A DNA stretch of 64,000 nucleotides from an uncultured Bacteroidia bacterium (GTDB taxonomy: Bacteria > Bacteroidota > Bacteroidia > Palsa-948), in assembly GCA_964481195.1 (NCBI GenBank), contig CAYZTB010000009.1:11047-75046 (forward strand), read 5' to 3'. Of this stretch, positions 36,601-45,790 are shown piece by piece. Below the pieces are notes generated by a model. It did not search any database. It was not told where the DNA came from and saw only the letters and a list, made by a program, of their open reading frames with translations. Position 1 is the stretch's first letter, and every line of letters begins with the position of its first letter. The position numbers and the translations under genes were made by a program.

Positions 36601-37956
36601 AATTCCAGTTATTGCTCCTACAGAATTAACTACTACGGTGCCACCGGCACCACCACCACCAGCACCGTCCTTATACTGATTACTGATGTTAGCAGACTTT
36701 GCGTTTCCTCCGGCATTTCCATTGGAAATTAATTGTCCGGTCCCTGATACTGCTCCATAGTTCATTAGGTATATTAACCCACCCCCACCCGATCCTTCGC
36801 CACCACAATTATCATTCTGATCTCCGGCACCACCACCGCCACCTAAAAATAATTTTCCACTGCTGTAATCTACAGGTCTTCCTCCATAACCACCAATTGG
36901 CTGCCGGAACTGTCCGCCCCAAACTCCATTGCCGGGTCCTTGTGTGGTAGCGTTGCCGTTGCTTGCCGACCACGAATATCCCCCTTGTCCGCCACCTGAT
37001 GAAGTTTGAGTAGCAAAGCCAGCGTATTGAAGGTTCCACGCGTTGGCATATCCGGCAACCGAAATATCTGGCATTCCATGACCATTCCATAATGCAGGGT
37101 TTCCTCCATTGGCACCACCACCGCCACCACCATTGTGAATGTTGCCACCCCCACCACCATTTCCAGGGGCACCGCGCATATACATTCCTCCATATGCGTT
37201 GTAATCTGTTTTGTATCCTGCAATGCCTTCTCCTTTTTCTGAACCATCCTGATTAAGGGTAGAGGCAGAAAAATATAAGTTCATAATTTGAGTGGTGTTG
37301 TCTAATATCTGACCTCCGCGAAATCCAGTGCCAGTAGTATTGATCGAGCCATTGATCACACTATTAGTTTCAACTTCAATTGCACATACGCCACCAACAG
37401 TAGAGTTCCATGCAGGGCAGGTAATGGATGCGCCTGCATTAATTGTTAAAGAGGAATATCGTTGAACACGAATGATTTGTGTTTTTCCTGTAGCAGTATA
37501 AGAGTATGTAAGAGGGCAATCTAATTCAATGCTTGTTCCATTTGGAACTGATTTTACTCCTGCAAATTCCCAATTACCACAATTGTTGTATGCAGTAACA
37601 GATCCCCAAGAACTATCTGTTGGAATTCCAATTCCTAATGGAGGATTGGGCCAACTTCCATCGCTTGGTGTTCCATCTATGCTAGCTCCTTGCATTTGAA
37701 TAATCATAATTAAATCTCCGGGAGCAAGGTTTCCGGGAAATCTTGCATTTGCATTTAACGCGCTTGCAGCAACAGTAATAGTTGTTGCGCCAGATGCAGC
37801 ATTTGCATTTAAGGAAGTATATTCATTTACTATGTTATTCGCAGTGGTAACTAACTTAACCCCATGTTTACTTCGCTGAGCAAACAAATTTGCTTTGCTT
37901 CCTAATAAATAAGAAAGACAAACAAAAAGCAAAAATTTATTTCGAAGTGAATTCAT
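33682..37956 (-). CDS. Large adhesin-like protein: Gly-rich head, ~11 Ig-like repeats, T9SS type B C-terminal domain
   Basis: Repeats of ICxGxxxTLTASGGxxYxWSxGATTxSIxVxP; C-terminal YLPNAFSPNGDGEND...FNRWGE...WDG. Confidence 0.88.
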   Translation of the reverse strand: MNSLRNKFLLFVCLSYLLGSKANLFAQRSKHGVKLVTTANNIVNEYTSLNANAASGATTITVAASALNANARFPGNLAPGDLIMIIQMQGASIDGTPSDGSWPNPPLGIGIPTDSSWGSVTAYNNCGNWEFAGVKSVPNGTSIELDCPLTYSYTATGKTQIIRVQRYSSLTINAGASITCPAWNSTVGGVCAIEVETNSVINGSINTTGTGFRGGQILDNTTQIMNLYFSASTLNQDGSEKGEGIAGYKTDYNAYGGMYMRGAPGNGGGGGNIHNGGGGGGANGGNPALWNGHGMPDISVAGYANAWNLQYAGFATQTSSGGGQGGYSWSASNGNATTQGPGNGVWGGQFRQPIGGYGGRPVDYSSGKLFLGGGGGAGDQNDNCGGEGSGGGGLIYLMNYGAVSGTGQLISNGNAGGNAKSANISNQYKDGAGGGGAGGTVVVNSVGAITGISISANGGKGGDQTFTLNDSQAQGPGGGGGGGHVDVSNGAPATTVNPGVNGVTNSTSLTEFPPNGATAGGVGTSTTTVTNFVINAPNVTICAGQAATLTATLGGTPGGAIISWYDASVAGNVIGTGGTLTTSVIATAGTYTFYVATCPGTYHQPVLVTATNSPAVSASPNTTICTGGNTTLTSSAGSSYSWSPATGLSYANISNPVASPASTTTYVVTVGTPCGPGTATVVVTVISSINPTITGNNTICAGGNSSLVASGGNTYSWSTGATTSSIIVSPTTTSTYTINVGSGSCTGTTSITVNVTPGITAAVSPNTTICSGDAATLTASNGSSYSWSSGQSTSSIVVTPSSTTTYSVVAYSGSCSDTQSVTVTISNNITATINGPTNICTGGSATLTASGGTTYLWSNSATTSSIVVTPATNTSYTVIAFSGSCSDDDTLTINVGANITASVSGNTTLCGGTSSTLTASGGTNYVWNIGASSATIVITPAPSSITTYTVTAFSGSCFDTATVTVNALPTLSTTVSGNTIICIGETSTLTALVSPSGGNTYLWSTGATAASISVSPATSTTYSVIGYAGSCSDTLPVTVTVVSQASVTVSQNTTICAGQSTQLSATGSSVYSWSNGATTSAITVSPPVNTTFTIVAGAGACSDTDSVSVTVNPSPIIIVSNNVTICAGETASLNASGGNGYVWSNGATTSATTVTPSTTTSYSVVTSSGSCNDTGTVTVLVSPPPTAIVSGTNICQGQAATLSASPAGATYVWNTGATTASINPTVPGTYSVLVAIGQCTATASFTTFLAANPIATVSSGATIVQGQSVNLTAGGGGTYQWSNGGNGATITVSPNNTTQYCVTVTNASNCIDTACVTVVVDQCSNAGTLYLPNAFSPNGDGENDELQVYYLLPACIENFHLALFNRWGEQVFETSDIGFKWDGAYNGMIFGKQMGGTEVYSYFLTADLVDGTRISMKGNISLLR

Positions 37957-38079
37957 TTAAATTTAAACTTAGGCAAATTAAGTAATAATAAAGGAAATTA
38001 GGAAATTCATCAATTACCTTATTATACAGGTAAGATGCAAAATAGAAGGGATAAGTTGCAGCAAGAAAAGCCAAAAAAC

Positions 38080-39477
38080 CTAATAACCAAGCGTTTTTAG
38101 CATCGATTTGTAGGTTTGCTCTTTAGCAAACAGCTTAGTAGTGACATCCCCGTTTTCATTTCTATCAATTAAAACGTGTTTGGGCGATGGTATCAAACAA
38201 TGTTGTATGCCTCCATATCCTGCAATGGATTCCTGATAAGCACCGGTATGAAAAAAACCTATATAAAGCGGACCTTCTGTTGCATTTCCAATTTTTGGTA
38301 AAAACACTTGTTCGGAATGTGCCTCTGTATTGTAATAGTCTAATCCATCGCAGGTCATGCCACCCAAATTTACTCTATGACTTTCTTTTTCCCAATGATT
38401 CACAGCAAGTAAAATAAATTTTTGTCCAATCGCCCAAGTGTCTGGTAACGTGGTAATGAATGAAGAGTCTATCATGTACCAAAGTTCTCTGTCGTTTTGT
38501 TGCTTTTGATCGCAAACCGAATAGAGGGCAGCCCCGCTTTCGCCAACGGTAAATGAACCAAACTCAGTAAAAATGTTTGGCTCTTTAATTTTATTTTGCT
38601 TGCAGAAAGTTTTTATCTGCGAAACTATTTCTTCAATAATGTATTCGTAGTCGTATTCAAAACCTAGCGAAGTGCGAATAGGGAGTCCGCCTCCAATGTT
38701 TAAGGAATCTAATTCCGGACAAATTCTTTTTAACTCAGCATAAACGTTTAGGCATTTAGCAAGTTCCGTCCAATAATAAATAGTGTCTTTAATGCCGGCA
38801 CTCACAAAAAAGTGAAGCATTTTTAGCTCTAGCTTTTTATTCTTCTTGATTCTAGCTTTGTAAAAGGGAACAATTTCTTTGTAACGGATTCCTAGTCTGG
38901 AAGTGTAATAATCATAAGTTGGTTCTTCTTCAGATGCAATTCGAATGCCGAGTTTACATTTTCCTTTTACGTAGCGCTTGTAATATTCCAGTTCGTTTTT
39001 GTTGTCTAAAATTGGAATTACATTTTTGTATCCGTTATTGATAAGTTCAACAATAAATTGCGGGTAGGGCTTGCGCTTGTACCCGTTACAAATCACGAAA
39101 GTGTTCTTATCAATTTTCCCTTGTCTGTATAGTTCTTTAATAATTGGAATGTCAAATGCCGAAGATGTTTCTAGGTGCGAACCATTTTTAATAGCCTCGT
39201 CCATAACAAAAGAAAAATGAGAGCTCTTGGTGCAATAACAATAAGTATAATTACCTTTGTAATCGGCTTTAGCCATAGCAACATTAAAAAGTTTTTTTGC
39301 TTTTTGAATTTGTTGTCCGATCTTTGGAATGTATGTTATTTTGAGAGGTGTGCCGTATTGTTTGATGATATCCATTAATGGAACATCGTTAAAATGTAAT
39401 TCGCCATCAACAACATTAAATCCTTCTTGAGGAAAATGGAATGTTTGCTGAATTAAATCGCGATATTTATTTTTCAT
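38080..39477 (-). CDS. speA: Arginine decarboxylase (PLP-dependent Orn/DAP/Arg decarboxylase family)
   Basis: YCYCTKSSHF, CNGYK, LNIGGG, TEFGSFTVGESG, TCDGLDYY, GAYQE. Start MKNKY (39477). Confidence 0.82.
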   Translation of the reverse strand: MKNKYRDLIQQTFHFPQEGFNVVDGELHFNDVPLMDIIKQYGTPLKITYIPKIGQQIQKAKKLFNVAMAKADYKGNYTYCYCTKSSHFSFVMDEAIKNGSHLETSSAFDIPIIKELYRQGKIDKNTFVICNGYKRKPYPQFIVELINNGYKNVIPILDNKNELEYYKRYVKGKCKLGIRIASEEEPTYDYYTSRLGIRYKEIVPFYKARIKKNKKLELKMLHFFVSAGIKDTIYYWTELAKCLNVYAELKRICPELDSLNIGGGLPIRTSLGFEYDYEYIIEEIVSQIKTFCKQNKIKEPNIFTEFGSFTVGESGAALYSVCDQKQQNDRELWYMIDSSFITTLPDTWAIGQKFILLAVNHWEKESHRVNLGGMTCDGLDYYNTEAHSEQVFLPKIGNATEGPLYIGFFHTGAYQESIAGYGGIQHCLIPSPKHVLIDRNENGDVTTKLFAKEQTYKSMLKTLGY

Positions 39478-39599
39478 AGAAGTACAATACAAGATTAATG
39501 TGCGCTAAGTTGGGAATAATTTGTGAAAGTAAGTGACTTACATGTGATTTTTTTTGACAATGTAAGTGAGTTGGATTTTGTTAAATAATAAGTTAGAAC

Positions 39600-40553
39600 A
39601 TGAAAAAGATTAAAATCATTGAAGTTAAGTCCGAGCTTGGGGCCGGAACCCGCGGGGCGGGCATGGGGGTAGATGCCGTACGTGTAGCTGCGCTAGATTT
39701 TGGCAGTTCTTTTTTTAGAAGAAATGAATCGGTAGAAGTGCCCAATGATAATAAGCTATTGATGGAGCCGGTAAGCAACGATTATGCTAAACGTATTAAA
39801 AGTGTTTTTTCTTTTAGCGAACGATTGGCTAATCAGGTTTGTGCGTTTAGCAAAGAAGAAGGAGTAGTGCCTATTGTCATTGCAGGCGATCATTCCTCTG
39901 CGATAGGTGTCGCATCGGGCATTAAGATGGCACATCCCGATAAAAGATTAGGTATTATTTGGATTGATGCTCATGCAGACCTTCATTCGCCTTTTACTTC
40001 CCCTTCGGGAAATATGCATGGCATGCCCATTGCTGCAATTATTGACGAGGATAATTTGGAAAACCAAATCAACAAACCCAATGAAGAAACTATTGAATAT
40101 TGGAATAAGATAAAGAACATTGGAGGGATTCATCCAAAGGTTCATCCAAAAGATATTGTAATGGTTTCGGTGCGGGACTTTGAAAGACAGGAAGAATATT
40201 TGTTGAAAAAACACAACATCAAAACCATATCGGTCAATGAAATTCGTAACCGAGGCGTAGAGCGCGTTGCAGCATTAATGTTAAGCACGCTAGATAGTTG
40301 TGATATTATTTATATCTCGTTTGATGTAGATAGTATGGACCCTTCCATATCCCGAGGTACAGGCACCCCCGTACCCGATGGACTCACAGAAAAAGAAGCA
40401 GGTAATCTCATTTACTACTTAATGCGTAGCCGAAAAATTTGCTGCCTTGAAATGGTGGAGATTAACCCAACGCTTGATAAAGAAAACAGAATGGCAGAAA
40501 ATGCTTTTGAAATTTTACTAAAAGCAACCAATCAATTGATAAATGATTTTTAA
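39600..40553 (+). CDS. Arginase (ureohydrolase family)
   Basis: GDHS, WIDAHADLH, SPSGNMHGMP, SFDVDSMDP, GTGTPV, EINP. Confidence 0.88.
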   Translation: MKKIKIIEVKSELGAGTRGAGMGVDAVRVAALDFGSSFFRRNESVEVPNDNKLLMEPVSNDYAKRIKSVFSFSERLANQVCAFSKEEGVVPIVIAGDHSSAIGVASGIKMAHPDKRLGIIWIDAHADLHSPFTSPSGNMHGMPIAAIIDEDNLENQINKPNEETIEYWNKIKNIGGIHPKVHPKDIVMVSVRDFERQEEYLLKKHNIKTISVNEIRNRGVERVAALMLSTLDSCDIIYISFDVDSMDPSISRGTGTPVPDGLTEKEAGNLIYYLMRSRKICCLEMVEINPTLDKENRMAENAFEILLKATNQLINDF

Positions 40554-40572
40554 TTTTTGTTTAATTTAGATT

Positions 40573-42396
40573 ATGAATATTCAGGAAATAGTAGCAGGTA
40601 AAGTTGTTGAGGCGATTCACAGACTATACGGACAAGCTTTACAGCCTGAGCAGATTACATTTAATAAAACCAAGCCCGAGTTTGAGGGCGATATTACTTT
40701 GCTAGTATTTCCACTTACCAAAGCATCTAAAAAATCACCCGAAGAAACGGCAAATGCCATAGGAGATTTTTTGAAAGAGCACCTTGCTGAAGTGGCTGCA
40801 TTTAATGTGGTGAAAGGATTTCTAAATTTGGTTATTCTGGATTCCTATTGGGTAGATTATTTGGCTGTAGCAAATCCTAATTCCCAAATCCTAATTCCCA
40901 ATTCCGAAACTGTAATGGTTGAATTTTCATCTCCCAATACAAACAAGCCTTTGCATTTAGGACATGTGCGTAATAATTTATTGGGTATGGCAGTTTCTAA
41001 TATTTTAAAAGCTGCAGGAAAAAAAGTAATTCGAGTAAATCTAGTTAATGATCGTGGAATACATATTTGTAAGTCAATGCTAGCTTGGCAAAAATGGGGC
41101 AATGGCGAAACGCCAGAATCAAGTGGTATGAAAGGTGATCACTTGGTTGGGAAGTATTATGTAGAGTACGATAAAGAATTGAAAAAAGAAAAGGCGGTTC
41201 ACCCCAACCCTCCCGATGGGAGGGAGGTTGAGCATGCAGGCGCTCCCCCTTTGGGGGAGTTGGAGGGGGCTGTACAGGAAATGCTTCGCAAATGGGAATC
41301 TGGAGATTCTGAAACTCTCGCCCTCTGGAAAAAGATGAACGGCTGGGTATATGATGGCTTTGCTAAAACATATAAAGAGCTTGGAGTAGAATTTGAAAAA
41401 ACTTATTACGAGTCGGAGACTTATTTGCTCGGTAAAAAAATAGTGGATGAAGGATTAAGTAAGGGTGTATTTTTTAAGAAGGAGGATGGTTCAATCTGGA
41501 TAGACCTTACCAAAGATGGGCTGGACGAAAAGCTGTTGCTTCGTTCGGATGGCACTTCGGTTTATATGACGCAGGATTTAGGTACCGCTGTTGAACGCAT
41601 GAAAGAGTTCAATGTAAATAAAATGATTTATGTAGTAGGAAACGAGCAGGACTACCATTTTAAAGTTTTATTCCACATTATTAAAAAATTATCAGCTGCC
41701 GGAATAATTGGCTCTGGCTCTTCCTCCTTTGGGGGAAGCGGGGATGGAGGTGGCTTCTTTCACCTTTCCTACGGCATGGTGGATCTTCCATCGGGTAAAA
41801 TGAAATCGCGCGAAGGGACGGTGGTAGATGCTGATGAGTTGATGGAAGACATGGTTAAAAATGCAATGGAAACAACAAAGGAATTGGGCAAGACCGAAGG
41901 AATGAGTACTGAAGAAGCAGATGCGCTGTACAAAAATATTGGTATGGGAGCGTTAAAATATTTCATCCTTAAGGTAGATGCAAAAAAGAGAATGCTCTTT
42001 GATCCTAAAGAGTCCATTGATTTTAATGGCAACACAGGTCCATTTTTACAATACACCTATGCGCGTATAAAATCTATTTTAAGAAAAGCAGAAGAGTTCA
42101 AAAGCGAAAAGAAACCCCCAACTGTTATTCTTCCAAGTGAAAAAAATATAATTCGTCTTTTACATGATTTACCTAAAGCAATATCTGAAGCAGCTGAAAC
42201 GTATAACCCGGGTCACATAGCTAATTACACGTTCGACTTAGCAAAAGCATACAATCATTTTTATCATGAAGTGCCCATTCTTAAAGCGGAAAATTCAGTT
42301 GAGAAAAGTTTCAGACTAAAGTTGTCACAAAAAACGGCTGAAACCATAAAGCTATGTTTGGCTTTACTTGGAATAAATGTTTCGGAAAGAATGTAA
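40573..42396 (+). CDS. argS: Arginine--tRNA ligase carrying repeat-derived in-frame segments
   Basis: SSPNTNKPLHLGH (HIGH motif), KMKSREG, GNTGPFLQYTYARI, terminal ERM. Confidence 0.97.
   Translation: MNIQEIVAGKVVEAIHRLYGQALQPEQITFNKTKPEFEGDITLLVFPLTKASKKSPEETANAIGDFLKEHLAEVAAFNVVKGFLNLVILDSYWVDYLAVANPNSQILIPNSETVMVEFSSPNTNKPLHLGHVRNNLLGMAVSNILKAAGKKVIRVNLVNDRGIHICKSMLAWQKWGNGETPESSGMKGDHLVGKYYVEYDKELKKEKAVHPNPPDGREVEHAGAPPLGELEGAVQEMLRKWESGDSETLALWKKMNGWVYDGFAKTYKELGVEFEKTYYESETYLLGKKIVDEGLSKGVFFKKEDGSIWIDLTKDGLDEKLLLRSDGTSVYMTQDLGTAVERMKEFNVNKMIYVVGNEQDYHFKVLFHIIKKLSAAGIIGSGSSSFGGSGDGGGFFHLSYGMVDLPSGKMKSREGTVVDADELMEDMVKNAMETTKELGKTEGMSTEEADALYKNIGMGALKYFILKVDAKKRMLFDPKESIDFNGNTGPFLQYTYARIKSILRKAEEFKSEKKPPTVILPSEKNIIRLLHDLPKAISEAAETYNPGHIANYTFDLAKAYNHFYHEVPILKAENSVEKSFRLKLSQKTAETIKLCLALLGINVSERM
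40872..40906 (+). repeat. Heptamer tandem array inside argS
   Basis: AAATCCT AATTCCC AAATCCT AATTCCC AATTCCG, encoding NPNSQILIPNS. Confidence 0.8.
41198..41270. repeat. Inverted doublet of REP-like palindromes inside argS
   Basis: CCCTCCC-GAT-GGGAGGG (41208-41224) and CTCCCCC-TTT-GGGGGAG (41243-41259), with outward C-rich and G-rich tails. Confidence 0.8.
41720..41750 (+). repeat. Single REP-like palindrome inside argS
   Basis: CTTCCTCC-TTT-GGGGGAAG plus tail CGGGGATGGAGG. Confidence 0.75.
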
Positions 42397-42428
42397 ATGA
42401 CGCAATTGAAAGGAGCGTCAGAAAATAA

Positions 42429-42881
42429 TTAGTCTTTTATTCCAATCAATAATACAAAACAGCCCTTTTGGTTTGGCTCTGTAGCTGCCGGAATTTCAAA
42501 CTCTATATAGTAAGTTCCTGTAGCAACGGGTTTGAAGTTAAAAACAAAATCTCCCTTTTTTCCACTCTCGTCAAAGTAAAGGAGCTTCTTGTCTTTTTTG
42601 CTTGGATGTTTGTCATAGATGACGATGCCAACTTCTTGAGGTAAGGCAGTTTTCCCAAAAACTAATTTGTAATCTTCGTCAGAGTACACTGTAAATTCTA
42701 ATATTTCTTTTCGTGCTGTTTTGTTGTAATTAATTTCTTTCAATGCATACGCATCGTAAGAGTATGGTTTTAAAAGTGGCATGCAGTTTTTTACAATTGG
42801 CTTTACTTTGCACTGAGCGGAAAGCACAGTAGTAAATAAGCTAAATATGCCAAGAAGAAAAGTAAATATAATTTTATGCAT
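42429..42881 (-). CDS. Uncharacterised secreted protein (paralog of 19865-20308)
   Basis: Signal peptide ending LSA-QC; C-terminal GCFVLLIGIK. Confidence 0.75.
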   Translation of the reverse strand: MHKIIFTFLLGIFSLFTTVLSAQCKVKPIVKNCMPLLKPYSYDAYALKEINYNKTARKEILEFTVYSDEDYKLVFGKTALPQEVGIVIYDKHPSKKDKKLLYFDESGKKGDFVFNFKPVATGTYYIEFEIPAATEPNQKGCFVLLIGIKD

Positions 42882-42900
42882 ATGCTGTTGCTTTTAATAT

Positions 42901-43749
42901 TTAACCAACAATAGATTTTCGTAAATCACGGGTTTTTTCAGTTATTGTTTTTAATTGATTTTGGTCTACTGTTGTAATTCCACTTTCATCTTGAACAGCA
43001 ACACTATCAAAATAGCTTTTTAATTCGCTAATCTTAGAAAACAATTCTTTAAATTCCTCGTCACCCTGAAACTGGGAGGTTACATTCATGAGGCTATTTA
43101 ACACATATTTTTGCTCAGCTACACGTGCAGCCACTTTCTCCTTATTTGATTCTTTGGTGAGTTGAGTAGCTATGTACATGTTTTCAACCCATGCGCCAAT
43201 AAAAATTAGAAGTGTTTGTTTTTCCTTATTGTTGTCTTTCATGAAAATATCCATCTCGCTTTTTAATTCGCACACTACGTTAATCAAAGAATCTTCGTTA
43301 CTTAAATTATTTTTAAAGCGCTTCAAATAATCATCAGCATCAAAAAGGCTGGACATGCCCAGCTCATCTGAAAGGCGCTTGACTGCTTCCATGTAACGAG
43401 AAGCCTCGTGACTCTGTTTGTTTAACACCGTGTAAGCTAAGTCGGCACTGTATATGCCTAGGTTTAAAGTTTTACTGTGAACAGAAGTGTACTTAGAAAC
43501 ATTTTCTGGTGGGTTAGCAATCCCTTCAATATACTTTAGTCCTGTCCTTTTAAATATTTTAGCCATCAGCAATGGAGAAGGCAACGAGTAAAAGAAATCC
43601 TGTGTTGTTTCCGAAATTTGTGCCTCTGCTGAAGTAGAATCCAAATCGCTATTTATGTTTTCATCAATTGAAGCATTGCCGCAAGACGTAGCAGTGATAA
43701 TTACACTAGCTAAGCAAAGATTAGAAATTAGTAGAAAGGATGATTTCAT
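42901..43749 (-). CDS. Uncharacterised all-helical lipoprotein (paralog of 20317-21243)
   Basis: Lipobox ATSC; YSLPSPLL...TLNLGIYSADLAY; promoter TATATTTG on the complement of 43778-43785. Confidence 0.75.
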   Translation of the reverse strand: MKSSFLLISNLCLASVIITATSCGNASIDENINSDLDSTSAEAQISETTQDFFYSLPSPLLMAKIFKRTGLKYIEGIANPPENVSKYTSVHSKTLNLGIYSADLAYTVLNKQSHEASRYMEAVKRLSDELGMSSLFDADDYLKRFKNNLSNEDSLINVVCELKSEMDIFMKDNNKEKQTLLIFIGAWVENMYIATQLTKESNKEKVAARVAEQKYVLNSLMNVTSQFQGDEEFKELFSKISELKSYFDSVAVQDESGITTVDQNQLKTITEKTRDLRKSIVG

Positions 43750-43927
43750 TATTGATTGTAAAAATGAATGTATGTTTCAAATATAAAGAAACAATTTGAA
43801 CGTGCATATATCTATTTCATTTATTCTTATTATTTATTAATATTTGAAGAGGGGTATAATGCGAGTTTTAAAACATTAAACCACCCCCTATTTTAATATT
43901 AAAGGATTTTCTATTAAATTTGCCATC

Positions 43928-45688
43928 ATGCGATTATTCGACATCTTATACCAGTGCCACACTAAATTTCCAAACGAGGAATGTTTAGTGAAAAAAGAAA
44001 ATGGGAAATGGATACCCACCTCTACTAAATCTTTTATCGAACAATCCGAAGAACTCGCTAGCGGACTGTTGGCGCTCGGCCTTCAAAGAGAAGATAAAAT
44101 TGCTATTCTTTCAAACAACCGGCCAGAGTGGAATATATGCGACATGGCAGTTCAGATGAGTGGTTGTGTGCTGATTCCAGTCTACCCTACGATTAGCGAA
44201 AAGGACCTTACTTTTATATTTAACGATTCTCAGGTCAAGTATGTTTTTGTTTCCTCAGAAGATATTTATAAAAAAGTAACATCTGTTTTAACGGATTCTA
44301 CTTCAGTAAAAGAGATTTTTTCATTTAATGAAATCACATCTGTAAAAAGCTGGAAAGAAGTTCGAGCGCTAGGCAAATCAGCAAATAACAATTTGAGTTT
44401 AGAGAAAATGAAAGCCTCTATACAGGATTCTGACTTGGCAACTATATTGTATACTTCCGGCACTACAGGCACTCCCAAGGGTGTAATGCTTTCGCACGAC
44501 AATATTTTTTCAAACGTACACGCAGTTCGAAATTTACCACCGGCTGGGTATGGAGATAAGGCGTTAAGCTTTCTTCCTTTAAATCATATTTACGAGCGGA
44601 TGTTAGTATACATGTATTTGTATTTGGGCATTTCAGTTTACTATGCCGAAAGCTTAGAAACGATAGGCGATAATCTTAGAGAAGTAAAACCTCAGATCTT
44701 CACCTGTGTACCAAGACTGTTAGAAAAAGTATATGACAAAATTGTATCCAAAGGCAACGAGCTTGCTGGAATTAAAAGAACATTATTTTTTTGGGCCTTG
44801 GCGCTGGGCGAAAAATTTAACGGAGCGGAAAATCATGGTATATGGTATAGTTTGCAATTACGTTTAGCTAACAAGCTAATATTTTCTAAGTGGAGAGAAG
44901 CATTGGGAGGCAACGTGCGTGCTGCAGTTTCGGGTGGTGCTGCTTTAAATCCTCGTTTAGCAAGAATCTTTTGGAGTGCACAAATTCCGGTTTTAGAAGG
45001 ATATGGCTTAACTGAAACTTCGCCTGTAATTGCAGTAAATACGCTGGAGCCAAACGGAATGCGATTTGGTACAGTTGGAGAAGTCATAGAGCGTGTTAAA
45101 GTTAAAATTGCAGAAGATGGAGAAATTCTGTGCAAAGGTCCAAACGTGATGCTAGGATATTATAAACATCCAGATGCTACTGCCGAAGTAATTGATTCGG
45201 ATGGATGGTTTCATACAGGTGATATTGGAATACTTCAAGATGGAAAATATTTAAAAATTACCGACCGTAAAAAAGAAATATTTAAAACATCGGGAGGAAA
45301 ATACATTGCTCCTCAAATGATTGAAAATAAATTGATAGAGATACCTTTAGTAGAGCAAGTAATGGTAATAGGGGAGAATCAGAAATTTGCTTCGGTCTTA
45401 ATTGTGCCTTCCTTTTTAAAAATAAAAGAATCGTACGCAAAACAAGGAAAAGCATACCCAGGAAACGAAGAAGTAATTAAAGATGTGGACATTATTAAAA
45501 TAATAAAAGAAGGCATTGAAAAAGTAAATAGCAGTCTTGCTAGCTACGAAACTATTAAGAAGATAGAGTTGCTTCCCAAAGATTGGACTATTGATAATGG
45601 TGAGTTAACACCTAAAATGTCATTGAAGCGCAAAGTGATTCTAGAAGCGAACAAGCATTTATTGGCTAAGATTTACGCTGATAAATAG
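43928..45688 (+). CDS. Long-chain fatty acid--CoA ligase
   Basis: YTSGTTGTPKG, EGYGLTET, WFHTGDIG, ITDRKK, LTPKMSLKR. Confidence 0.93.
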   Translation: MRLFDILYQCHTKFPNEECLVKKENGKWIPTSTKSFIEQSEELASGLLALGLQREDKIAILSNNRPEWNICDMAVQMSGCVLIPVYPTISEKDLTFIFNDSQVKYVFVSSEDIYKKVTSVLTDSTSVKEIFSFNEITSVKSWKEVRALGKSANNNLSLEKMKASIQDSDLATILYTSGTTGTPKGVMLSHDNIFSNVHAVRNLPPAGYGDKALSFLPLNHIYERMLVYMYLYLGISVYYAESLETIGDNLREVKPQIFTCVPRLLEKVYDKIVSKGNELAGIKRTLFFWALALGEKFNGAENHGIWYSLQLRLANKLIFSKWREALGGNVRAAVSGGAALNPRLARIFWSAQIPVLEGYGLTETSPVIAVNTLEPNGMRFGTVGEVIERVKVKIAEDGEILCKGPNVMLGYYKHPDATAEVIDSDGWFHTGDIGILQDGKYLKITDRKKEIFKTSGGKYIAPQMIENKLIEIPLVEQVMVIGENQKFASVLIVPSFLKIKESYAKQGKAYPGNEEVIKDVDIIKIIKEGIEKVNSSLASYETIKKIELLPKDWTIDNGELTPKMSLKRKVILEANKHLLAKIYADK

Positions 45689-45790
45689 GCAGATTTTTCA
45701 TTTGTTTGTCTTTTTGGTTTCCTTATTCCTGTTACCTTTATTAACTGATATTGACAAACAACATTATTCGATTATTTATACTTTGTTATT

